Positions 44,754 through 57,709 of a stretch of DNA of 64,000 nucleotides are shown piece after piece; positions within the stretch are counted from its first letter, which is position 1; each line of letters opens with the position of its first letter. Made by a program: the position numbers and the translations under genes. The notes below the pieces were generated by a model, which worked only from the letters and a program-made list of their open reading frames with translations, made no database searches and was not told where the DNA came from. Where the stretch lies: assembly GCA_963693365.1 (NCBI GenBank), contig CAVNZM010000012.1, positions 6,522,889 to 6,586,888 of the forward strand, written 5' to 3'. This stretch comes from Amoebidium appalachense (taxonomy: Eukaryota; Protista; Ichthyosporea).

Positions 44754-46914
44754 CGCGTGCGTGCACGTGTTTGTTGTGTACATGCCTGTGCATGTGTGCA
44801 CGTACACAAAGGGTATTTTGCGGGTATGCATATATGTGTGTACACGAAACACGAGCCTCTGACCGTGGGTGTGTGTGATGCACGTGTGCCTACACAGGTG
44901 CGTACAGATGTATTTATAGGTGTACTTGTGTACAACGGAAATTGCACAACAGGAATTCCCGTAAAAATGGGAGACACAGGTGTCTTATGCCAATGTGCTC
45001 GATGCCCATTATTTTCTAAAAGTTGTGTGTGGTGTGTGTGTGTATGTGTGTGCGCGTGTGCGTGTGCTTGACTGTGGGAGGGATGATTGCCTACGAGTGT
45101 GTGTGTGTGCACGGCCAGCCGGATGCATGTGTGCAAGGCTGCAAAACCAGTAAAGCAGTAGAACTTTGATCCTGAGTTGTAGGAATGGTAATGTGTCTGT
45201 GCAGGGGCATTCGTGTGTGCTTGTGCATGGGAAAGGCTGTGCATGTATACATAATGGTGCTACTTTGTGATAAGGGACCACCAGTGTAGTGAATGCATCC
45301 GTAAAATAAGCACACGGAGATTGCCGGTGTCATTAGGTTCATACCAATGATGCCATGGACATCACAACACATGGTATCTGCATGTGTACGTGCGGGTGTA
45401 CGCTGTGTGTGTGTGTCAGTGTGTGCGAGCGTGTGTGTGTGTGTGTATGTGTGATATACAAGCGGTTTAAAGGGGTGCTTGTTGCAGAGTGCAAGTAGGT
45501 AACCATGACATGACTGTGGAGGCACACGCGCAGTGTGTGTATGTGTGTCTGTGTGTCTGTGTGATATATATATTGCTTGTGGCTTCCTACACGAACAGTT
45601 ACACACGGAAAGGTGTGAAAACAAAGGCAGCCTGTGGTACAACCGCCAGCCAACCTTATCATACATTTAACACGACCACACCACCCGTCGTGTTGCGCAC
45701 ATACACACATGCATACTGCCTCCCAACAACCGCTGGAATCATGCTTCAAGAAAGCAGTCACAGCACATGCCCGTGTGACTAAATACATGCAGGAATGTCT
45801 TGTCGAACATGTAACGGGTACACTAAGTGGGTGCCGTGAGTCATATCCACACATTAGCAACAGCAATCCCTTGTACCTCACAAAAAACACATGCATGCAA
45901 GTGTACACACACACACACACATGATATGAAGGACCAATCAATCAGAGGTACACAAACATACAAAGTAAACGAAAACTAGAAACTTACCGGGACCAGAACC
46001 TTCTCACAATACTTGAGCTGATTTTGATGCAGCCGTCTATTTTTTATCCCACTCAGAATGTCCTGCACCACAGAGAACAACATAAGGATTTCCCGATAAC
46101 ATACAGCGCAGAAAACCTACATGCTCATTGCACAAGCTGAAGATAGATCAGCAGTCAAGCAGCCCATAGCACTGACAAGTTACGCAGGGGGTAAACAAAC
46201 GGTGTGTGAAATCAGAGGACAATCAGAAGTCTTTTGCTGAGTAGCGTTTTTGCCTGCTTGTGTTTGTGTGACTAGGTGCACATCAGGCACAGGGTGTGTG
46301 TGTTTGCAGGTGACTCCAGAAACTATGTCTTGGGAAAGTGTCCTCAACTCTTTCGCTGTTTACTATCGCTCTTCAGAACTTATAATCTAAAAGAGAGGCA
46401 CAAGGGCAAGCTGACATCCAAACAGTGCAGAGATAGGCTTTTAATTCCATATCCAGAAGAAAGTGATTGCTTGATAAATACACCCCTGCCTCATTACAGT
46501 GAGTGCTCGACAAATAATACCTATACTATTCCAATTTAAAACACAGTTTCATAAAGGCGCAGAAAGGGCTATCCAGAAGCCCCTACAGATGGATTGATAA
46601 CAGGTCTTATGCTCACATAGGGATTGCATGTGGCCCATTTACCAATGCTGTAATTGTACTTACGAACTCGAAGAGTCGCCACTGACAAACCTGCTGTGCC
46701 TCTGAACAGAGAGTGGAAAATAGGGGAGCATATCCACGAAAAAAAAAACCTGTTTGATGTCTGTAATGGACACCGTACTGTTCTCCAAATACATACCATT
46801 TGCTTTTCCATACTTCCAATAAATTATATTCATGCAACAGAAAATACAGCCCAGCGGCACACATACCGGTCCAGGAACATCCTGGCCAGGCGTGGCTGCA
46901 GCTGTTGCTGCCAT
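35772..46914 (-). CDS. BET-family protein (two bromodomains, ET domain, Ser-rich tail; BRD2/3/4 and Bdf1 homolog)
   Basis: Exons 46914-46867 (tentative first), 46062-45988, 44389-44216, 43442-43151, 42817-42726, 42056-41811, 40867-40622, 39715-39606, 39174-38943, 38213-38045, 37438-37312, 36643-36467, 35844-35772. BD1 AWPFQKPVD...PMDLGT...NCRLYN; BD2 [10 protein letters not shown]...PMDLST...NCYRYN; [19 protein letters not shown]...EIDIDSL. Confidence 0.92.
36798..37078 (-). mobile_element. Dispersed structured intronic element, diverged long copy D, in a BET intron and sense to the gene
   Basis: Reverse complement CTTGCTTGCATAAGCAACCCTGCTCGTCTTTGATCAAGACGGG...GGTCGAAACTC...CCTCCCTGAGGA...GTACTTCGTAC...TTCAA+poly(C) aligns to 6166-6413. 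Confidence 0.8.
40360..40404 (-). repeat. Degenerate intronic duplicate of the 3' end and donor of the BET exon ending at 40622
   Basis: GTGACGGATGATGAGCTGGAAAACGATAAG|GTGTGTGGGT versus exon GTGACGGATGCGGATGATGAGCTGGATAATGATGAGGAG|GTGTGTGGGT. Confidence 0.7.
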
Positions 46915-47836
46915 TCTGTCCAGTTGGTGTGCACCGAACGATTAGAATTCGTGCACCACCCGGGCAGTTGCCATCACCCCCAACCAAGGGCCGTCGAGTC
47001 CGGCAACTCTGCACGTCCACTCCTGTAGGCACGCCTTTAGCAACACTATTACGGTGTATAAGGGAAGGAGTGGATATTTCCAGACATTTTCGTCGGTGAG
47101 TTTAGGTTTATGTTCGTGAGGGAACATGTACACAGGATATGAGTTATACAGGATATGAGTGTGTCTTTAGTGTCTTTATTGTTACAAGTGCGGTAGTGTG
47201 AGTGCCTGCCCTAGCCTCGTGCAGTGTGCAAGGGCAGTGATGGGCAGGCAGAGTGCACCGCATGTTTTCGTCCAAAACGAGGTCAACCAGTGACACCGGA
47301 CTTACAGATAGGCTGGATGGGGTACACAGAAAACGGAAGTCGACAACACACCCAAGAATACCCAACAGCATTTCCCAACATGCACGCCTAGAAAAAAACG
47401 CTTTGTTTGAGGTGCGTTTTCATTAAAAATATAAGTCATGCTTAAAGAGAAAAAGTTTGAGCATGTATATGGTAACACACACCCTCGTATGATGCATACC
47501 GTTTGATGATCCAACGAGAACATTAAAAATAGGGCTATTCTAGTCACAAGAAGCAGGCCGTCAAGACTCCAAGAAGAAACGTTGTGCCGTCGAGAGGTCT
47601 ATAAATAATTGTATGCGCCCTTCTCCCCGTGTCCGATGCAAGATTTCTGATGTGTAAACACTAAAAAAAGAAAAATAAACACGACGCATACCTATGGGAT
47701 AGGTATACCTGCATGAGGCGACCATACGTTATCTCGACATCAGATTTTACCTCAACCTTTGAAAGTCAATTCTGAGGACCATCCGGCAACAATCGCGGTA
47801 AAAATACACTTGCGCTCCACACGGCCTCACGTGGAA

Positions 47837-47962
47837 ATGGACAAAGTTTTTCATAATTTCGACCCTGGTCGGATCAATCGGCGACCATATTTGGTAATTC
47901 GTTCGTTCTGACTGCTATTTATGGGCGAATTGGCTTCCAACGGTGTGATAAACTTTGTCCAT
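47837..47962. repeat. Small inverted-repeat element (17-bp arms, 1 mismatch), possible mini-MITE
   Basis: ATGGACAAAGTTTTTCA ... TGATAAACTTTGTCCAT. Confidence 0.5.
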
Positions 47963-49990
47963 CCGGAAACAAACCATAGACCAATGATCTAAGCATTCTA
48001 GTTCTATTGCGTAAACGTCATGGGCATCTGCAGCCTAAAAAGGGGGGTAAACGGATGATACATTCGGTTTCGACATTTTATATATACCCGCCAGCAAAGT
48101 GGAAATCAAAAATAAAGCAGCAAATTTTCTTGGTGAAAAGCAGCTATTAAATACAAGGAGTACATAAAATGCACGATATCCGAATATACCCTCTTGGGCT
48201 CGAGAGGATACGTCATCAAGCTTAAAGCAACCTTCCACAGGGTAAAGAAAACTAATGATCTTTAGCCATTCACACAGCCGCGCAAATTTTTACACGAATA
48301 GGAGCCCCCCATTTCCATTGGTTCCTTTTTCACCACCGATCGGAAGTGCCCACGACCCCTTCATTTCGCCGGCAGCTTGTATGCCAGTTTGAGCGCGGCA
48401 AAAAAAGGTGTAAACTGCCGTGTTTCGACGAAAACGAAGTTCTTGGCTCGATACCGGAAGAGGCCTCAACGGCGCCCGAGGTTGAGAGCTGGCCTCTCCC
48501 GCTAACGCAAAAATAAAAGGTGGAAGTAAGCAATACGCTTGTTGTCTGCACATTTTGTCCAAGAGGCACTTCCTTTCGCGACGCCATAGTCGCAATTGTA
48601 ACGCCTGAAAGGTATCAATCATGTGGCAGGGTACTGCTCCAAAGTCGAGGGGTCTTCAGGTTCGAAAGGGTGATAGGTCTTTCCAGAAAGTAGGGAAAGA
48701 GAAGTGGGGAAACTACTTGGAACCTAGCACCATAATAAAAAGTGGTTCCGTTCCTTTCGCGGACCTTGCTTCTCAACCACTGGTGCTGCCAAATGCACCT
48801 CGCCCACAGCTACATCAATCTCTTGCTATACTCAGTGTGAAAACATCAGACAATTAAAACATGCTAAGCTATAAACAGATAGTTCATGTCGAAGCATGTC
48901 AGTGATGTGAACTACTGAAGTAAACCTTGTCAGTTTTTAGAAGAATCAACAACCATCTTACCTTTCAAACGGCAACAACTCATTCTGTATGACGGGACCT
49001 CTCTTCCCCACTACGTATCCTTATTTCTCAGCTTAGAAGTTCCACTATCCATACCACACGAGAGAAATAAGTGTGTCTGTGTCTAACCTCCGTATTCTTT
49101 CACCCCTCAGCTCACAGCTAGGTGCAGCTACGGAGCCTCCACCTCCATGATCACACGTTTGCCTAAGCTTGACTAGAACAGAAAACCGTGCCATCTTTTC
49201 GTATAGGCTCTCATACACTCTACACTATAGCTCTATATCTCCTACTAAGTACAACTTACTTTCTCTCCATCACTGGGCCACCAACCTCACCGTAAGAGCA
49301 TAAAAAACACACGTGCCCGTTTTCCCGCAAAGCACGTCGACACCGCGACTTGCCCCCTCAGTGCCCGGCCCGAAACTCATCGTGATGATCAAAGAAGCAA
49401 GTGACGTCATCAGACGGACGGAATAGAAGCTTCAGGGTGCACTCGGGCCGAGCCCAAGAGGCTTTGTTTACTACGTCACAGCGCGCTTTCCTGAATATGG
49501 GGACGTCTGTATGTACGTGCTGCATAGTGAACTTGGCATGCTGCGGCTGCTGAACCCTACTAGGTTAAGGATGTTGCTTGCATCATGCTGGTGCAGTGCA
49601 CATGTACATCCAGATGTCCGGACATGCGGTACGCACATGTCCCGATGGACATGCAGAAGGCTAGCATGGCCATGCATGTCATGGCGGCATGTGGGGGTGG
49701 GTGCTGGCTTCTGAAAAGTGTTTTTCTTATAAGGGGCAAGGGCTTGTCGCCTGCATCAACAGGACTTGCTCCTCTCTATTTAGATTTTAAACCTTCTACT
49801 TCGCGATCGGCTGTCAAAGATCTAGCATTGCATGCTGCAGCTGTACTACTACTGATGGCATGGCACCGGTGGTGTTTGTTAGCAGAGCCCGTGACGGGGC
49901 ACCCGGGGTGAGATGGGGTTGGATATGGGGTGAGGTGGGGTGGGGGTAGGGCTTTTGGGGAAGGTGGGGTGTGTGTGTATGTGTGTGTGT

Positions 49991-50044
<54 letters not shown>

Positions 50045-50243
50045 GGGAGGGGGACAATGGGGGAGAGAGGAGGGGGGACTGAGTATGATAGCATATTAGG
50101 AGCAGGGTTGGCCACTAATTTAGTAGAGTCTGTTTTCTGCAAGGGAAGATCCAGAGCTGGAGGTGGTCGTGACCTAACCACTGTGACCGCATGCCCACGT
50201 GGCTTTCTTTTTGTTGTTAGTAGGCCCCGTGGGGCGCCCGGGG

Positions 50244-50277
<34 letters not shown>

Positions 50278-50451
50278 TATGCCATATGGGGGGGGGGGGG
50301 GCAGGGGGAGGGGGGGAGGCTAGCGCGGGAGCTGAAAACCTCAGACGATTGCCGGGAACCGGGAAGGGGGAAGTGTGTGGGGAAGGGGGGGGGGGGGGGG
50401 GGGGGGGTTCGGAAGATTGGGCCACACGGTGTGCACATACGCTGTAGTTTT

Positions 50452-50500
<49 letters not shown>

Positions 50501-51607
50501 AGGGGGTGGGGGTGTACAATATGGGTGGAGAAGACCGTTGAATATGTAAAACACCGAAACATATGCAGCACACGACTGTTATAAGAAAATTGTCCTGATT
50601 TGATCGAATGTCACATAACTTATGGCATGCAAAAAAAATTTCCAGTTGACTGAGTTCATATCGTTACACCACGGTGAATTTGACAGCTTGGGGAAAACAG
50701 AACCGCAAACTTGTCATTTATATGATACATACAGACTCCATGACATCCACACGCACGCACACACACACACACATTTAAACACACCAGCACCCACACAGAG
50801 TCAGACAGGCCCCGTGATTGGAGACCGGGGCATGCGCACAAGCACATGCACCGCGCATCTTTATTCAGCCGTTAAACCAATGTCTTATTCTATAACTCCG
50901 TCTCCATGGGACAGTGGGGTACCAGCCCCGGGCCGATTAGACTGTATAGTTGTAGTTAAAAGTGAAAGTCTTTAAACTAAGTAGGCTCAGGCTAGGCTAC
51001 ATGTACACTTAACATGTACAGGCTGAATAATCTTACCATAATCCCTTCCCCCCTTCCCCCTCCCCTCCCCCTGCTCCCCCCCCCCCCCCCCCCCCCCGAA
51101 GTTCCCCTCCCCCGGCTCTTGCGCATGTGCCCCTCGCCCAACACCTATGTGCCTCCTCCCTCGGGCCCACTACCCCTCAGCCCCCAATCGACCCCTCATT
51201 CGAACTTCTCCACCCCCCCTCCCCCACCCCCCCCCCCCCCCCCCAAAAAAAAAAAAAAAAGCAAAAAACAAAAAAAACAACAACAATACCTTTATTTAAG
51301 TTTTTTATAATATCCCTTTTTGTTCCCGGAGGGACCCCTTGAGGCTCTCATGGGGAACACCGTCTTCCACCCAGCACCGACAGTAATCACTCACAGAGCC
51401 TAGCTAGGGTGCTACGGTATTATTAGCTAAGCTACCCGTGGCACCCAAAACAACAACAATACCCCCTCCCCGAAGTTCCCGGACTCCCCCCCCCCCTCCC
51501 CCCCCCCCCCCCCCCACTCGGAGGCTCCATTCCGGAACACCTCCGTTCCCGGGGGATTTCCCCCAAAATTGAGCCCTTCAATCGTCGCTCCCCCCCTCCC
51601 CTCCCCG

Positions 51608-51716
<109 letters not shown>

Positions 51717-51720
51717 CGAG

Positions 51721-51769
<49 letters not shown>

Positions 51770-52297
51770 CCCCCCCCCCCCCCCCCCCCCCCCCCCACCC
51801 CTCCCGGCAACCTTCATTTGCTACTGCGTATGAACGTTCCAAGACCGCATTTCATTTCGCAACACCCTGCCCCTCCCCAACCACCACCACCACAGGTACC
51901 CTCCCCGCTAACCCTACACACTGGGCCTACCGTCTCACTCGTTCGGGACCAATCCCCCCGTACCGACCATGTGTGTGGGTTTGCGTGTGCGCTTGTGTAT
52001 GTAGTCTACACTACTTTTTATTTTATTTATTTTATCCCGTTTCACTCCCGGCGAGGCACTGCCTCAGGGGAGGTTACCGTCTTCCGCCTAGACACAGATC
52101 GTACTGTATAGCACACTCATACTGAGGGGTTTACACACTATTTATTGCCGTGGACCCTGTCTGGGGCCCAGCCTCACTCGACGGCCTACTGCGTTTTCCA
52201 GCGTAGCCAATCAAATGCAGCTGGTGACATATGTACATGCTAAGCAACATCTAGCGCCGCGTCGTAGCATGCATACGACGTTGAACCCTATAACATA

Positions 52298-52680
52298 TTA
52301 AGGATAAGCAGAGGCTAGCATTGGTAGCTCCAAAAGAAAGGTAAGACACCGTATCACAATATCATACTTTGCAGCAGTAATAAGGTGATCTATAATAGTC
52401 AGTCTAAAACGAATATATTGAGGAAGGGAGGCGGCAAAGAGAATAAAACCGCCCAAAACCTCCGGTTCTATTACGTTAGCTAACAGGTCACACTTATTGA
52501 TAGATATGCATCCGCGAGTAAACCGCCCCCCACACATATTTCACATACGAGCAGGAGACACCAGAAACCGATTACTGGCCACCGCCAAGACATGATCATC
52601 TTTGCGTTTTTACACCATACCACATTACGAATAAACGAATCTATGTAGGAACGAGACTCTCTAACCGTATCCGCCATTTA
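52298..52680 (-). pseudogene. Possible degraded LINE C-terminal (zinc-knuckle-like) remnant
   Basis: Frameshift-joined peptide IMSWRWP...CEICGGRFTRGCISINKCDLL loosely resembles LINE ORF2 C-terminal Cys motifs; weak. Confidence 0.3.
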
Positions 52681-53451
52681 TGCTACTAGCAGTTGGTGTT
52701 TTTGCGGTCCCGCACAGGAAGGGACTCAACTCGTAGAGTAAAAAGACATCTATCAGCCACAGACTTAAAACTATTCATATTCACACTATGATCTAGCCGT
52801 ACCTCTGGTGGGGTTGCCAGCCATTCCGCATATCGCTCGACAATGGGAAGAGACGAGGTGGACGGGAAGACGAGGTGGACGGGAACGTCAGGATTCTGAT
52901 TGACCCCAACTGGCACTATTTTTAGTTACGCCTTATCCCACGGTTCTAGCCGCAGCAACGCTAGTGGGGAAGTGAGCACAGCTCACTTTAACAACACCAG
53001 TCGGGAGCGACCCAGGACACATACACAAACATAAAGACTTGAAAGGGAAACCCCATGCCCAGGACGCTGACCCGAACCGTGGCCGGTGACTCGGATTGGT
53101 CTCCCACTTGAACCGTGACGTTGGGCCGGGATCCAGATGCCCAAGCGGCGCGCCGTCGACGTCAGAGGGCCGGTGCTGTTCATGACGTCATGTCTTGCGG
53201 CCGGATGATAACAAATTGGTGGTGCTGCTTGACGTGGTCTGGGGCGGCTTCTAGGGGGCGGCCAGACCGGTGGACCGTCGAGGCAGAGCAAAAATCGGAA
53301 GTAACCAGGATCGATCCTGCGACTTTGAGCTTGACACCCAGAGATCTTACCATTACCCGCCCCCCAGTCTACACTACGGTTATGTGCGTGTGTCATTGCC
53401 ATGAGTGCTTTTGTGCGTGCGTGCGTGCGTGCATGCATATGTGTGTGTGTA

Positions 53452-53506
<55 letters not shown>

Positions 53507-53548
53507 ATGTGGTGCAGCATGTGCGTACGTGCGTGTGTGTGTGCGTAG

Positions 53549-53582
<34 letters not shown>

Positions 53583-53804
53583 AATAGTGTGCACATGTTT
53601 GTCAATGCGTGTGAGTGTGTGTGTGAGTGTGTGACTGTGTACACATGTGATTGTGTGTGTGTGCGTGTGTGCTTGTGTATTGTGTACGTACCTGCCTGTG
53701 TTTGTCGGACATGTACAGTGTGCCCGCGCATGCGCGCATGTGTGAACATGAGGTACCTGTGATCCCTGTACATTTGTGTGTCTGTGTGTGTGTGTGTGCG
53801 CGCG

Positions 53805-53858
<54 letters not shown>

Positions 53859-53894
53859 CGGGTGTGTGTGTGTGTGTGTACGTGGGTGTATGTA

Positions 53895-54224
53895 TTGTGG
53901 TACAGCTTCGCCCGCTGTGGCAGAATCAACGGGTGGCTGGCGTACTGGTGGCTCGATCTGATTGGCTGCCGGAGTCAGCGAATCGTGCGACACGCTGGTG
54001 GGTGTAGTGGGGCTGAAGGGGGTCGGGGGTGCCCTTGTGCAGGGTCATACCCTCGTCGAACACCACACTCCTCCTCACCACGACCTTCCCAAAGCCCTTT
54101 TCGGTGGCCAGCAATATGCGGTATCCCTTCACCTGCACCCCCCCGTCGCTGCCGTAGCCAATCAAAATGCCGCGTTCGGCGCGTGGGGCCAATTTGTTGC
54201 TACGTTTCTCGGCGGCGTTGCGCG
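53895..54224 (-). mobile_element. Inverted Copia fragment: post-integrase SH3-like (GKGY) region
   Basis: KLAPRAERGILIGYGSDGGVQVKGYRILL...KVVVRRSVVFDE on the minus strand. Confidence 0.8.
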
Positions 54225-55934
54225 ACAACAGCAAGGTGCTAGCCATGACGGCAGCAGCCAGTGCTCTGGCCAGCACCACCACCAGCGGCAGCAACAGTGA
54301 TGGCACCGGCATGACCGAGCCCATCTACTATGTAGCCGACGTGCCCATACCAAATTCGCTGAGAGAGGCACGTGCGTCATCTTTTGCACCACAGTGGGGG
54401 CCATGCATGCAGAGCTAGAAAAGCTGGACAAGTACGGCACCTACTCACTAGTAGACCCCCCGCCAGGCTGCAAGCCAATCAAAGTGCGATGGGTGTATGA
54501 CGTCAAGACCAACGCCAACAACGCAGTTTCCGGGCCCGCCTAGTGGCTAAGGGATACACCCAGAGGCCGGGTCTGGACTACACCGAGACCTTCTGCTCCA
54601 CCGCCAACCCCGCCACAACACACTACATCATCGCGCTTGCTGCTGAGCTCGGCCATCACCTATGCTACTTCGATGTGGACAGCGCATTCCTCAACGCGCC
54701 ACTGCAGGAGGAGATCTACATGTGCCAGCCTGAGGGTTTCGTCATACCAGGCAAGGAGGGAATGGTGTGCATTTTGCACAAGGCCATCTACGGGCTCAGG
54801 CAGGCAGCACACGAGTGGATGGAGACTTTTGCTGCCGGCCTGCGCACCATTGGCTGGGTGCGCACCGAGGCCGACCCCTCCCTCTTCACCCGCGGGCCAG
54901 ACAGCCCGGGCACCAACAAGCAGCTTATGGTGGTGCACATTGACGACATGGTGTGCAAGGCAATTACCGAGGAGGATGGCAACTTGCTGGAGCAGGAGCT
55001 CTCGGGCATCTTCCACATCAAGAAGGGTGGCAGCAGTTTTGTGGGGGTGGAGATCAACAAACTGAGCACTGGCGCCATCAAGATCCATCAAGCCCCCTAC
55101 GCACAACAGGTGCTCGAGCGCTACGGCATGGCTGACTGCAAGCCTGTGGACACACGCATGACACTGGATAAGCTCAGCAAGACCCAGTGCCCAGCAACCC
55201 GGGAGGAGGTGGCAGCAATGGCCACCGATGCAGCTGTGTACCAGGCCATTGTCGGCAGCCTGATGTATCTGGCCGTGTGGACCCGCCCGGACATTGCCGC
55301 CCCTGTGAGCGTGCTTGCGCGATTTCTCAGCAACCCCGGGCAGGCCCACCTTGCCGCCGCCAAACGTGTGCTGCGCTACATCAAGGGCACCATTGACCAC
55401 GGCATCACCTACCGCCGGTCCACCAGCGCGGACACCAAGGGGCAGGTTGTTTGTTACGTGGATGCTGATTGGGCGGGAAACCCAGACAACCGCCGCTCAA
55501 CGACAGGTGTGGTATTTCTTGCTGCTAGGGGTGCCATTTTGTGGGCATCCAAGCTGCAGACCGTGGTGGCAGACAGCACCGCAGAGGCCGAGTATGTGAG
55601 CGCAGCCCGTGCTACCAAGGAGGCCCTGTGGTTGCGCAAACTGACTACCGCCTGCGGCTTCCCTCCTATTAGCCCCACCATCCTGCACGAGGACAACCAG
55701 GCCTGCATCAAGATAGCCAAGAACCCCGAGTTGTTCAACCGCACGAAGCATATCGACATCAAGTACCACCTCACTCGCCACCACGTCCGTCGCGGCGACA
55801 TTTGCTTTGTGTACGTGCCGACCAATGAGCAGGCGGCAGACATGCTCACCAAAGCACTCGGGGGTGCAGCTCTCAACAACTGCAAGAAGATGGTGGGCAT
55901 GGACACGTGCGACAAGTCATCGCGCAAGGTGTAG
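54225..55934 (+). mobile_element. Ty1/Copia retrotransposon RT-RNase H fragment
   Basis: PNSLREA, RWVYDVK, RARLVAKGYTQRPGLDY, DVDSAFLN, KAIYGLRQA, VHIDD, VGSLMYL, TRPDI, YVDADWAG, STAEAEY, EDNQ, KHIDIKYH, QAADMLTK. Frameshifts near 54415 and 54528; no gag, integrase core or LTR recognised. Confidence 0.93.
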
Positions 55935-56177
55935 AAGAAGTGAGCGAATATTTGTGGCTATGCAACAAGGGGTGCGAGTGATTATGTTTTCATTAATATT
56001 TATTCGCTAATTTCTATTGGTGCACATTTATTCGCTAAAATTTGTATTGCAGTATTTCGTGCCCTATTGTTGTATATTCTGGCATGTATCAGTGTGTGTG
56101 TGTGACACTGTGTGTGTGTGTGTGTGTGTGCGTGTGCGTGTGCGCGTGTGTGCGCGCGCGCGTGTGTGTGTGTGTGT

Positions 56178-56247
<70 letters not shown>

Positions 56248-56917
56248 AACTTTGTGTGTGGTCCGTCTGTGTGTGTGTGTGTGGTCCGTGGTCACTGGCG
56301 TGTGTAAGGCCCGGCTGGTGTGTAAGGCCCGGCTGGCGGGCGCCGCCCGGGGTGGCACGCAGTGGCGGCCGCGGGCGAGTACTACTGGGATAGTGCGCGC
56401 AAGCTTACAAGGCCGGCTGCTGGCGGCCTCGGTTTCTTATCACCATAGATTCTTTCTCGGATGGGGCGCAGCGCCCAGCAATTGGCGCAGCCCATTTGGC
56501 GCAGTAAGGTACCTAGAGACAAGGGCCACGGTCACAACAATGCTACCGCTGTTTGACTAAATAGCACACATTAGATGTCTTCATTAGACATCGACGAAAC
56601 TAAACGTAAATTAATCTATTAAACGGCTATAGACGTCTTGGAAACAGAGATCTCTGTTATCCTATTCTATTTCAGCGTATATATTAGAGCATGAAGTTCC
56701 TCATAAGAATACGGCCGGAGGTTCAAGTCCTTCAAATAGGATAAAAGATTAAATAACTTTATATAAGTAACTTATTAAAATAAGTTAAACAAGGCTGGTG
56801 TACCCCTCAATACACAAGGTCCGATAAAGCGCTATTTCCCCTTACAAATAACGTCTTAGTGACCTAAGACACGAAGCAAACTTTATCAGGTTTTAGGGTG
56901 TTCCAGCATACTGTATA

Positions 56918-57600
56918 GGATGAGCCGCGTTGCACCTCCAACATCCATCGAGTAAGGGTGTTAGTACTTTAATTGACGTACAACCCCAAAGTATTGATCA
57001 TAGTACAAGGATATAAGCATAATCCTAAGAGATGGATTCTACACCTATTAAGATGAAAGTTAAAATTACCTACTAACATTTTAAAATTACCTCATAACAT
57101 GAGAATTAAAATCACCTACTTAAGATGAAAATTAAATTCTTTGTAGGAGCCCAGACGCTTCGCCACAGTATCGTCTCCTTTCAGTCGGTCCAAGTTCTTC
57201 CTAACATTTTAAGAGTAACATTAAAATTACTGCTGCTTACAAGATCTTCTCCTCATAACATTTTAAGAGTAACATTAAAATTACTGCTGCTGACAAGATC
57301 TTCTCCTAGTACATGAAGATTAAAATCACCTATTTAAGATGAAAATTAAAATTACCTCTTAACCTAGAAAGGATGTAAGCCTAATCCTAAGGATTGATCT
57401 TAGGATAAAGTGTAAGAGTTAATTAGAAGATAAACCCATAGAGAAAGGATGAGCTTCGCACCTCCAACATCCATCGAGTAAGGGTGTTACTTTAATTGGC
57501 GTACAACCCCAAAGTATTGATCATAGTACATGGTACAAGGATATAAGCATAATCCTAATATCTTAAAATCACCACATAATATGAGAATTAAAATCACCTT
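56918..57600. repeat. AT-rich complex repeat: ~110-bp direct repeats enclosing a 54-bp tandem pair and many TAAAAT(T/C)ACCT units
   Basis: GGATGAGC..GCACCTCCAACATCCATCGAGTAAGGGTGTTA...AAGCATAATCCTAA at about 56918-57029 and 57446-57558; TAACATTTTAAGAGTAACATTAAAATTACTGCTGC twice at about 57202 and 57256. Confidence 0.8.
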
Positions 57601-57709
57601 ACTAACATCTTAAAATTGACATTTTTCCATTTTCTGGATTTAGGATGTTAATTTTCATCTTATATCCTGACGAAAGCTTGGAATAAGAGTAGAGTAGAGA
57701 GGAGTATAA

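Noticed and set aside
46613-47032. 139-aa minus-strand ORF as BET exon 1
   Set aside because: The ATG at 46914 with the donor after 46867 gives a simpler phase-compatible exon; the true 5' structure remains uncertain.
55935-56520. 3' LTR of the Copia element
   Set aside because: No clear polypurine tract, TG...CA boundaries or matching 5' copy.
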